From Clostridia bacterium (GTDB lineage: Bacteria; Bacillota; Clostridia; UBA1381), in assembly GCA_045542415.1 (NCBI GenBank), contig JAZQKZ010000031.1, forward strand, positions 1 to 64,000: DNA of 64,000 nt. Direction: 5' to 3'. The position numbers and the translations under genes were made by a program. The notes beneath the pieces were generated by a model. That model saw only the letters and a list, made by a program, of their open reading frames with translations, was not told the DNA's origin and ran no database searches. The stretch's first letter is position 1. The number at the start of each line of letters is the position of its first letter. Shown in pieces: positions 38,744 to 47,054 of this stretch.

Positions 38744-39220
38744 ATGGTTTATGGAGCAATTAATAAAAAAGGTGAAAAATACTATACGCATCTGAAAAAA
38801 GTTTTTGATGCAATTGGAAATAAACAAAAAGATTATAATTGGTTAATAACAGATTGCGAATGTTGTCCCAATGATAGCACTTTAAGAGAACTATTTGATA
38901 AAGAGTACTGTTTCATTTCCGGAGAAGAATTGACGGATATTGTTTCAAAAGAAGACTTCCAATGGATTTGGGCAGTTTTATCCGGGTTTGACAAAAAGGT
39001 ATCTATAGAGCAAATCTTGAAACATGAATTACCTTATGCAAATGGATATACCGGATTTTGGAATAATCCATTATCGCTGCAACACCCATTATCTTGTATA
39101 GAGATTGTTCCTTGGGATAGTTCGCTGGTTTTGCTTTTGAGCGAGGATAAGGAAGTAGTTGAAAAATTTATTAAATCATTTCCGCATAGTGAAAAACTGG
39201 AAGACTATAATAGCAAATGA
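38744..39220 (+). CDS. Hypothetical protein (cassette g4'; paralogue of 36493-36969)
   Basis: 158 aa, near-identical to g4. Confidence 0.6.
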   Translation: MVYGAINKKGEKYYTHLKKVFDAIGNKQKDYNWLITDCECCPNDSTLRELFDKEYCFISGEELTDIVSKEDFQWIWAVLSGFDKKVSIEQILKHELPYANGYTGFWNNPLSLQHPLSCIEIVPWDSSLVLLLSEDKEVVEKFIKSFPHSEKLEDYNSK

Positions 39221-39284
39221 TTTTGTGCCTGAATTGACACGAGCATATAATCAGTCAAATTTATCAAAAGAGAGAAGTTTTATT

Positions 39285-39386
39285 ATGACAGCACAAATCA
39301 CTATTTCTGGAATTATTGATAAAATAAACAAAGCCCAACAACCCCAGGCAAACACCGGCTTCCCTCCCCCATCCTTAAATTACTAA
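39285..39386 (+). pseudogene. Truncated g5 paralogue (MTAQITISGIIDKINKA...) running into repeat copy D
   Basis: First 6 codons identical to g5, then the reading frame continues into repeat sequence and stops after 33 codons. Confidence 0.5.
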
Positions 39387-39495
39387 TTTCGGTGAAGCCT
39401 TGAACAAACTCCAGGAAAAGACCATGCGTAAGGGCTGTAAGATAAAATAATAACCCTGCTATAAGGCACTGCTCGCCCAATGGACGGCAGTGTCT
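39286..39495 (+). repeat. Repeat family copy D (truncated, mosaic of copy A-like and copy B/C-like segments)
   Basis: ttcggtgaagccttgaacaaac identical to true cotJC; middle ccctgctataaggcactgct is A-like; cgcccaatggacggcagtg is B/C-like. Confidence 0.8.
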
Positions 39496-39653
39496 TTTTT
39501 CCGTTTCTTATAACGTAAAACTGTTAGGTTGATATAAACTATTGATGCCAAATAGTTTGGAATGTGAACAAATATATGTTGAAAAATCTTTTCTGGTATA
39601 GTATAATAAAAACAATAAAGAATTCCATTTTGATTTCAGGGAGGGATAATAAA

Positions 39654-42600
39654 ATGAATAAAAAGCTGATTTCGCTGGCATTGTCATTATCAATGCTTGG
39701 CATGTCAATCCCGTATTTTACAACAGCACAGGCCGCCGAACCTATTATAGCATTTCCGGGCGCAGAGGGTGCAGGTAAATATGCAACCGGCGGACGAGGC
39801 GGTACAGTGTATCATGTAACAAATCTTAACGACAGCGGTACAGGGTCTTTTCGTGACGCTGTTTCGAGAGGTAACAGGATTGTCGTATTTGATGTAGGCG
39901 GAACAATTGAGTTGAAATCAGACGTAAGCGTAGCCGGCAATATCACCATTGCCGGACAGACGGCACCCGGTGGAGGCGGTATAACGCTTCGTGGCGGCAA
40001 AATCGGTATGGCGGGCGATAATATTATTATCCGATTCATAAGCTCTCGTCCGGGTGAAAACGGGAGCAGTGAATGTGACGCATGGGGCGGAAGCAAGGGC
40101 TCGAACTCCATGATAGACCACTGCTCAATCGGTTGGGCAAATGACGAACAGTTTGGTCTGTATTCGGCAACACAGCAGACAATACAATATTCGCTCATAG
40201 GACCTGCAAACTGTATTTCATACCATTCAAAGGGCGCACATGGCTTTGGTGTTATGATGGGAGCAGGACACAACACATGGCATCATAATATGATTGCACA
40301 TAATATTTCACGAAATTACCGTGGTAAGGTTTCGGGAACAAATACTTTAGACTATGTAAATAACGTAATCTTTAACTGGGGCTATCAGACAGCGTACGGT
40401 ACCTTCGGACATGTAAACTATGTCGGAAATTATTTTAAGAAAGGACTCTCTACAAACGGAGGATACAGATACATAAGCATAAGCAGCGGTACTGCTCCGG
40501 AAAAATACAGATTCTATCTTACAGGCAACAAGATGGTTAATGCAGATGGCACAGACCACAACTCCGCCATGAACAGCGATAACTGGCAGGGTGTGGACTA
40601 TGGAAGTGCCGGATACACACAGTCGCATTACCAGATAACTTCACCGGTCAGAGTAAATGATGTCAACGGCAATGACGCATCGGTAGTTGCAAATGCACAG
40701 ACAGCGGATGAAGCCTTTGAAACAGTACTTGCATATGCAGGTGCCGGAATCCGTGCGGATCTACGTCCTGAAATTGACCGCCAGGTAATGGATGAAGCTC
40801 GCACAGGTAACGGTTATCTCACCGGAGGACGTGACTTCTCAACCCTCACCTCAAGCGATACAGCATTGAATGAAGCTATCGAGAAATATAATATCAAAGA
40901 AATGAATTATGACGAGTATTATCCGATACCGATTACTCAAAAAGAGATAATTGATTCAGATAATGACGGAATGAGCGACGACTGGGAATTAGCAAGGGGC
41001 TTAGACCCCTACACCAACGACGCAACACTTGATTATCTGGGACAGGGATATAACAACATTGAGTATTACATAAATGACCTTACGGTTGATTCGTTCCCGG
41101 AGGGTGTTGTAACGCTTTCTCCTGAAACGGTTGATTTGGGTGAAGATTTCGAGAAAGCAAAGGCAGATGCAGATGCAATTACTATTTCAACCACATTTGT
41201 TAAGACACCGGAAGATTTAATACTGCCCACACAGTCTGCCAACGGCTCTGTAATCACCTGGAGCAGTACATCAAGCGAGATTATCATAGAAAATAATCAG
41301 ATTGTGTCAGTTAATCGCCCATCATCAGTAAGTGCTGTAGTAACTTTAAGTGCCGGTATTACATACGGCGAATATACCCTAAAACGTGCTTTTTCAATAA
41401 CAGTTCCACCACTTCCGTATAAATTCGATTTTGGCAACGGAAGCGTCCAAAGCGGATTTACAGCTGTAAGTGCATCAACAACATATTCACCTGAGACGGG
41501 ATATGGTTTTGTCGGCACAGCACCAAGTGATATGGTACGCGCACCGGAAAATATCCCATCAGGATATGAAAACATGCATGAGGATCAGATTTTTGGCGAA
41601 ACACAATTCAAGGCGGAAATACCAAACGGAAAATATATAGTAGTCATTCATTACGGAAGCTGGAATACGAACTTTGGAACAAATTATACGGTAGAGGGTA
41701 TAAATTCAGGTAATCTTTCCGCCACAGCCGCGACAGAATATGTCACAGCTGTAGAGATAACGGACGGAATACTTGATTTAACTATTGCCAAGGGTTCAAA
41801 CTCATACGGAGGATATATAAACGGCCTGGAAATCCTGCCACCACCTGACCCGCAGTATCACTTTGACTTTGGCGATGGCACGATACAGGATGGATATGTC
41901 GGAGTCAGTGCTTCAACTGTATATTCACCTGCTACATGCTACGGCTTTGCAGATGCAGCGGCACAAACCTCAATGGAACGTGCTCCGGCGAATATTCCTT
42001 CAGGATATGAAAATCTGCACGCTGACCAGATAAGCGGAATAACATCCTTTAAATCAGATCTCCCGAACGGAAAATATATTGTAACCATTCATTATGGCAG
42101 CTGGAACACCGGCTTTGGCACAAGCTACAATATAGAGGGTGTAGAATCGGGCAATCTCGCATCAACCGATGCCGCACAGTATATCGCAAAGGTAGAAGTA
42201 ACGGACGGAATGCTCGATGTAGCAATAAATACGGGAGGCAACAAGTACGGAGGATATATAAACGGCATAGATATTATGCCTTTGCCTACACTCCCCTATC
42301 ATTTCGATTTCGGTGACGGAGCTGTTCAGACAGATTATTTTTCAGTAACCTCATCAACCATATACTCATCAGATACGGAATTTGGATTTGTAGATTCAGC
42401 CGTGCAGGAGGGAATGGCTCGTGCACCCGGTAATATTGCATCGGGATTCGAGGATTTATATAATGACCAGATACTTGGTGAAACGCAATTCAAAGCAGAT
42501 ATACCGAACGGAAAATATGACGTCATTATTCATTACGGAAGTTGGAACACAGGATTTGGAGTAAATTATACAATAGAGGGTGTATCCTCGGGCAATCTTA

Positions 42601-43043
42601 CATCAACCGACGCCACACAATATCGCACCACAGTAGATGTGACAGATGAGATGCTTGATGTAAGTATTGGAAAGGGATCAAAGCAATACGGAGGCTATAT
42701 CAGCGGTATGGATGTAATTCCGATAGAATCAACTCCCGAACCGACTCCGACACCGATACCGACAATTGCACCCACTACAGCTCCGACTGCTCCCCCGGTA
42801 CCTGTGCCGATAACGTATTCGGATAATGCTGTAACGGTAACGTTGAGCAAGGTAAATCAGGCAATACTGATACATTCTGTATATGAATCAGGAAAACTGA
42901 TTTCGGTTGAAATAATTCCTCTGGAATTCGAGAACGGAACAGCAACTGTACTAAAAGCAGATATTAATATCGGCGACAAGCTTATGGTGTGGGATAATAT
43001 AAATGATATGAAGCCTTTAAGCAAACCATATGTAAAACATTGA
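39654..43043 (+). CDS. Secreted pectate-lyase-like beta-helix enzyme with three tandem ~145-aa modules, PT linker and C-terminal domain
   Basis: Start MNKKLISL after RBS GGGAGGGA. Signal peptide. N-terminal AFPGAEGAGKYATGGRGGTVYHVTNLNDSGTGSFRDAV pectate-lyase-type opening. Module repeated 3 times (FDFG(N/D)G.VQ.G(F/Y)..VS.ST.YS...GYGF...HYGSWNT.FG..Y..EG..SGNL). Confidence 0.75.
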   Translation: MNKKLISLALSLSMLGMSIPYFTTAQAAEPIIAFPGAEGAGKYATGGRGGTVYHVTNLNDSGTGSFRDAVSRGNRIVVFDVGGTIELKSDVSVAGNITIAGQTAPGGGGITLRGGKIGMAGDNIIIRFISSRPGENGSSECDAWGGSKGSNSMIDHCSIGWANDEQFGLYSATQQTIQYSLIGPANCISYHSKGAHGFGVMMGAGHNTWHHNMIAHNISRNYRGKVSGTNTLDYVNNVIFNWGYQTAYGTFGHVNYVGNYFKKGLSTNGGYRYISISSGTAPEKYRFYLTGNKMVNADGTDHNSAMNSDNWQGVDYGSAGYTQSHYQITSPVRVNDVNGNDASVVANAQTADEAFETVLAYAGAGIRADLRPEIDRQVMDEARTGNGYLTGGRDFSTLTSSDTALNEAIEKYNIKEMNYDEYYPIPITQKEIIDSDNDGMSDDWELARGLDPYTNDATLDYLGQGYNNIEYYINDLTVDSFPEGVVTLSPETVDLGEDFEKAKADADAITISTTFVKTPEDLILPTQSANGSVITWSSTSSEIIIENNQIVSVNRPSSVSAVVTLSAGITYGEYTLKRAFSITVPPLPYKFDFGNGSVQSGFTAVSASTTYSPETGYGFVGTAPSDMVRAPENIPSGYENMHEDQIFGETQFKAEIPNGKYIVVIHYGSWNTNFGTNYTVEGINSGNLSATAATEYVTAVEITDGILDLTIAKGSNSYGGYINGLEILPPPDPQYHFDFGDGTIQDGYVGVSASTVYSPATCYGFADAAAQTSMERAPANIPSGYENLHADQISGITSFKSDLPNGKYIVTIHYGSWNTGFGTSYNIEGVESGNLASTDAAQYIAKVEVTDGMLDVAINTGGNKYGGYINGIDIMPLPTLPYHFDFGDGAVQTDYFSVTSSTIYSSDTEFGFVDSAVQEGMARAPGNIASGFEDLYNDQILGETQFKADIPNGKYDVIIHYGSWNTGFGVNYTIEGVSSGNLTSTDATQYRTTVDVTDEMLDVSIGKGSKQYGGYISGMDVIPIESTPEPTPTPIPTIAPTTAPTAPPVPVPITYSDNAVTVTLSKVNQAILIHSVYESGKLISVEIIPLEFENGTATVLKADINIGDKLMVWDNINDMKPLSKPYVKH

Positions 43044-43056
43044 TGAAAAACACATT

Positions 43057-43152
43057 CTAAAAGGCGAATTTCGCGGGTATGTCCCCGATTTTGTGTAAGA
43101 CTTCACCACAACCGCCTTTCAATATTTCACAATCAATTGTGATTTTGAGCAT
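43057..43152 (-). pseudogene. Truncated copy of the Mu-F-like gene (MLKITIDCEILKGG then divergent, 31 aa)
   Basis: First 14 codons identical to those of 44028-44480, including the TCACAATCAATTGTGA palindrome. Confidence 0.5.
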
Positions 43153-43221
43153 GATAAAAGCACGTTCAGCGGCGACTTTGTCGTCTGCATTAGTAACGTG
43201 CTTTAAATCCTTTATTTAGTT

Positions 43222-43413
43222 TTATAAAATCAATTTTACCGTTTCACACATATAATCACCACATTCGTCACATTTGAATTGATGGCATTTTTTTAAATCC
43301 TCATACCCACTTCCAACCGGTCTGTAGAAGCCTTTTTCACAATTCGAGCATCTAACTTCTTCGCTAGCATGTAACTTTTTAAAGTTCTTAATTATATCCA
43401 TATAAATCCCCAT
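43222..43413 (-). CDS. Small CxxC...CxxC zinc-ribbon protein (paralogue of 44507-44671)
   Basis: 63 aa, likely start MDIIKNF at 43401. Motif VRCSNCEKGFYR...KCDECGDYM. Confidence 0.5.
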   Translation of the reverse strand: MGIYMDIIKNFKKLHASEEVRCSNCEKGFYRPVGSGYEDLKKCHQFKCDECGDYMCETVKLIL

Positions 43414-43554
43414 TTCTTAGATGCGAATATTCCTTGCTTACATGATTTATAATCTCTTTTATATCTTCTTCTGTTGCATTACTTTTTTATGCATAAGCTC
43501 CGCCAAATAACAATTTATTTCATTTCCAGCGAACCTCTCCAAGTAAAACGTGCT

Positions 43555-43794
43555 TTAAAAATATTCATCTAAATCAATGTCTGATTTAATGTATATTGCT
43601 CCTATAAGAAAATCATTATATACTTTTATCCTATCATTGTCTCTCCTGTATTCCTGAATACAGGAGCCATCTACATCTTCTAAAAGAGACTCTTTTATCA
43701 ATCCGGGTATTCTATTCTCCAATACCTCACACTGTTTATAAAATATTTCCTCGTCTGCTTGATTGCATATATTATATTCTTTCATATAACTCAC
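43555..43794 (-). CDS. Hypothetical 79-aa acidic protein
   Basis: ORF ending at a copy of the ACGTGCTTTAA motif. Confidence 0.4.
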   Translation of the reverse strand: MSYMKEYNICNQADEEIFYKQCEVLENRIPGLIKESLLEDVDGSCIQEYRRDNDRIKVYNDFLIGAIYIKSDIDLDEYF

Positions 43795-43799
43795 TCCAA

Positions 43800-44027
43800 A
43801 CCGTATTTTTTGTTTACTTCTTTATTTGTTTTTGGTGCTGTGGCTAATATATCTTCAATGGCGTCATCTCTTGTCATAAATTTTCTTTTCATTTTATCTT
43901 CAATCAATTCTTAAAAAGATTTATTAGGTCTTTTATCATCTAGTCTCTTGCATTCTTTTTGGTCTTTCATCAAATCTCTGCGCGTTCGTCCTGTACTCAC
44001 AAGCCCCGACATATCTTTAAAATCCAT
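43800..44027 (-). pseudogene. Frameshifted gene remnant (MDFKDMSGLVSTGRTRRDLMKDQKECKRLDDKRPNKSF* / ..ELIEDKMKRKFMTRDDAIEDILATAPKTNKEVNKKYGLE*)
   Basis: Two adjacent reading frames on the minus strand separated by a frameshift near 43915. Both read as sensible protein segments. Confidence 0.35.
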
Positions 44028-44480
44028 TTAATTTAAGCGACTTTGCTTTTGCTTTTTCAGCTCCGCCCACTTTGCACTATCATTATACTTCAATTCTTGG
44101 AACTTGTCAATGCTTCGTGGTACGTCCTTTCCAAATATAGCTCTGTATTTTTCGTGCTGTGCCTTATCAGCGTCATTATTTCTATACTTCCGTCCGGTCA
44201 CCTCAAAAGCCGCCTTTTCCTCCGGGTTCATACCGTCCCGCCACTGTTCATATGTAACCGAACCGTCAATCATATCATCATGCCCCGTCCCCGGATTCCT
44301 CGCACGTTTCACACGTCCTCTCGTCAAGCGTAGCCATGTATTTGTAGTATTTTCATTATACCCCTTTAAATCGCCCCCGGAACGTGCGTGAGCAATTTCT
44401 GTGCGTATCAGCGTAGTTGCTCTTGACTCTGTCACATCACCGCCTTTCAATATTTCACAATCAATTGTGATTTTGAGCAT
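44028..44480 (-). CDS. Stand-alone phage Mu-F / SPP1 gp7-like (head-morphogenesis-type) domain protein
   Basis: 150 aa. LIRTEIAHARSGG and ARNPGTGHDDMIDGSVTYEQW match the Mu-F-domain pattern (aRTE...R..H...DG....W). Confidence 0.55.
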   Translation of the reverse strand: MLKITIDCEILKGGDVTESRATTLIRTEIAHARSGGDLKGYNENTTNTWLRLTRGRVKRARNPGTGHDDMIDGSVTYEQWRDGMNPEEKAAFEVTGRKYRNNDADKAQHEKYRAIFGKDVPRSIDKFQELKYNDSAKWAELKKQKQSRLN

Positions 44481-44506
44481 GATAAAAGCACGTTACAAAA
44501 CGTGCT
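44481..44506. repeat. Perfect 10-bp inverted repeat hairpin AAAGCACGTT-ACAA-AACGTGCTTT
   Basis: Read directly. Half-sites recur at 43150-43159 / 43194-43203 (split by 34 nt), 43547-43557 and 44751-44761. Confidence 0.7.
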
Positions 44507-44671
44507 TTAATCTATATTCATTTTTGCTTTGCAATAATCACATTCAAAATAATGGCTTATTTTATAATCATATGGAGTCCTCCAAAAACCTTTATTACAG
44601 AGGTCGCACTTTACTTCTTCGCCATTTCTTAATTTCTCCAGTTCGTTTAAAAACTTTTCTCCATAATTCAT
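44507..44671 (-). CDS. Small CxxC...CxxC zinc-ribbon protein
   Basis: Start MNYGEKFLNE after RBS GGAGGAAG. VKCDLCNKGFWR...ECDYCKAKM. Confidence 0.55.
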   Translation of the reverse strand: MNYGEKFLNELEKLRNGEEVKCDLCNKGFWRTPYDYKISHYFECDYCKAKMNID

Positions 44672-44809
44672 ACTACTTCCTCCATGAATATTCAGGATAT
44701 AATGAACTGTACCATTTTGTGCGGACAGCACAAAATGGTGCAGTTCAAACGTGCTTTAAATCCTTTATTTAGCTTCAATATATAATTTGTCAAAAGGTGC
44801 GTTTCGTTC

Positions 44810-44989
44810 CTACCAAAACGTACCTCCTTCTTTGGGTTTATAATCAATTCCATTGTTGCACTCTTTCAGTTCCTCCAAATCTTTAAATGCATGGTCATAC
44901 CGAACACCGTCAGGAAACGCATCGCATACAAAAATTCCATTTTTCAACCCTCTGCAATTAGCACAATTATCACAATAACTAAACTTCAT
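44810..44989 (-). CDS. Small Cys-rich protein (59 aa, CDNCANC...C...C)
   Basis: Below the ORF-track cutoff. ATG preceded by GGGAGGTG. Translation MKFSYCDNCANCRGLKNGIFVCDAFPDGVRYDHAFKDLEELKECNNGIDYKPKEGGTFW. Confidence 0.4.
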   Translation of the reverse strand: MKFSYCDNCANCRGLKNGIFVCDAFPDGVRYDHAFKDLEELKECNNGIDYKPKEGGTFW

Positions 44990-45222
44990 CGTTTTTCACC
45001 TCCCATATATTTATTGAAAAAACCCATTGCTTTTTTAGGAATTTTATTTATCTCTTTTCGCTCCAATAATACTCCGATTTCTGCAATACATTCAGCCCCA
45101 TCATCACTCGCTATTTGACTTACATTTGGGATTCTTATATTTTAATTCGCCATACAGCTTCCCTGTATTAGCTTCACATAACCATATTCATGTATTACAG
45201 AAAATTCGTCTCAATCGATTCC

Positions 45223-45645
45223 TCAAATCAAAATACCGTTGCAATGATCAATCTCATGCTGAATAATCTGTGCTGTCCACCCCTCAAAGGTCTTTGTCCG
45301 TACCTTGAAATCAGCCGTCTGATACTGTACTCTGATTTTCTTATATCTTTTTGTTTTCCTCGGACCGCCAAGCAATGACAGACATCCCTCCTCTGTCTCG
45401 TATGGCTCCGAAAATTTAATTATTTCCGGATTGAACATGGTCATGTAAGCACCGTTATTATCAAAGCAAATAATTCTCTTCTTAACGCCTATCATATTCG
45501 CCGCCATCCCTACACAGCCGTCCTTATGTGCAATTAATGTATCAAGCAAATCCTCGGCTGTCTGTAAATCCGCAGCAGCTGCCGCCTCCGATTTTTGTCC
45601 TAAAAATATCGGATCATGTATCAATTCTTTTATCATAAATATCAC
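45223..45645 (-). CDS. def: Peptide deformylase (short form)
   Basis: Motifs GMAANMIG, EGCLS, HEIDHCNG (metal ligands Cys and two His). Confidence 0.8.
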   Translation of the reverse strand: MIFMIKELIHDPIFLGQKSEAAAAADLQTAEDLLDTLIAHKDGCVGMAANMIGVKKRIICFDNNGAYMTMFNPEIIKFSEPYETEEGCLSLLGGPRKTKRYKKIRVQYQTADFKVRTKTFEGWTAQIIQHEIDHCNGILI

Positions 45646-45674
45646 CTGTATTTCTATAATATATTATTAGTCCG

Positions 45675-45989
45675 TCAATCCGCATCCTCTTCAAGTGCTT
45701 CAATATAAAAGCTCACGGGTCTGAAGCCGTCATTACATGAAATCATCGCGGATTTTTTATTTTTCATCCACCCGTCATATAAATTTTCACCGCCATGAGA
45801 TAATGCCATAACAAATGAGGACATACTTTCCCACGCACTGTCACATAAATCCTGAGGCTTTTGCCAGCCGTTTGCAATAAAAACCTGTCCCTTTTGCATA
45901 TCACACGCATGCTCTATAGGATTTTCATACTGCTCTATTAAATCATCATACCGAGCTGTTTTCATTACTGTTATTCTGCACTTTTTCAT
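45675..45989 (-). CDS. Small Cys-containing protein, TIGR04076-like
   Basis: 104 aa. MKKCRITVMKT... C..GQVF..G.QKP.DLCDSAW..M...V.ALSHGG...YDGWMK...ISCNDGFRPV.FYIE. Confidence 0.45.
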   Translation of the reverse strand: MKKCRITVMKTARYDDLIEQYENPIEHACDMQKGQVFIANGWQKPQDLCDSAWESMSSFVMALSHGGENLYDGWMKNKKSAMISCNDGFRPVSFYIEALEEDAD

Positions 45990-46078
45990 TCAATCTCACT
46001 CCCCTGTCCTATGGTGGATTATAATAATATTATAGCATATAAGCTTATAAAAGGTCAAGCTCTATGCTTTTCACAAAT

Positions 46079-46969
46079 CTATTTACAGCTTTCCTTAAAC
46101 TCCTCCGGAGTCATGCCTGCAAATCTGATAAAAGCACGGTAAAATGTAGAGTAATCAAGAAATCCACACTTATCAAAAATCTCAGTTGCCTTTTCACCGC
46201 CCATCATAAGATTTTTTGCATTAGTCACCCGACGCATATTAAGATATGCCTTTATTGTCATACCTGTTTCCTTTCTGAATAACCGACTTGCATATGCTGT
46301 TGACATAAAAGTAGCCTCAGCTATATCGGGAACCGTTATGTTTCTTTCAAAGTTATGGTCTATAAAATGTCGTATGCTGTTTGACTTTTCGTTCAGAGCC
46401 GGTGCTGAATACTGTATTGTTTCTGTTTCAAGTAAACGCTTGATCTGCACTATCATCTGTACTGTATGCGTAAGCATTAACAAATCCGTGCTTGAATCAG
46501 ATTCGCGACAACAGTTCTCCATATTCCTGAAAATATTATCCAGTCTGTACTTTTCTACAAGCTCTGACGGCACAAGATTGTGTTTTCCGGCTTTTCGTGA
46601 ATTCAGGAAATCAATCAGCTCAGGAAAACACTTGAGAAAGCCCGGATATATATGCAGAAACTCACGATGATATATATTATTTCCCGGAAAGCTGAATGAG
46701 TGCAGTTCCTCCGGATTTGTCATAACTATATCCCCGTCCGAAAGCATATAATCAACACCCTCAACTCTGTAAAGAATATTCCCTTTCAGTACATGAATAA
46801 ATTCATAGCATGTATGCAAATGAGAACTGAAGCTGTATGCATCCGAATAACTCAGATTATATATATACCCATTTTCGCTATCACCAAGAACATGATTTCC
46901 GTATTTTAACCCTTTCATCTGAACCACCTCAATTACATTATAACACAACAGGTCATAAAATGCAAACAA
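46079..46969 (-). CDS. AraC-family transcriptional regulator (N-terminal cupin sensor, C-terminal HTH)
   Basis: C-terminal AraC HTH (ITVPDIAEATFMSTAYASRLFRKETGMTIKAYLNMRRVTNAKNLM). Confidence 0.8.
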   Translation of the reverse strand: MFAFYDLLCYNVIEVVQMKGLKYGNHVLGDSENGYIYNLSYSDAYSFSSHLHTCYEFIHVLKGNILYRVEGVDYMLSDGDIVMTNPEELHSFSFPGNNIYHREFLHIYPGFLKCFPELIDFLNSRKAGKHNLVPSELVEKYRLDNIFRNMENCCRESDSSTDLLMLTHTVQMIVQIKRLLETETIQYSAPALNEKSNSIRHFIDHNFERNITVPDIAEATFMSTAYASRLFRKETGMTIKAYLNMRRVTNAKNLMMGGEKATEIFDKCGFLDYSTFYRAFIRFAGMTPEEFKESCK

Positions 46970-47054
46970 AAATGCAGAAAATGTAATTTGATTTTTACTG
47001 CAAATATGATATTATATAATTATAAAAATAAAATAGGAAAGTGAGGCTATTTTT

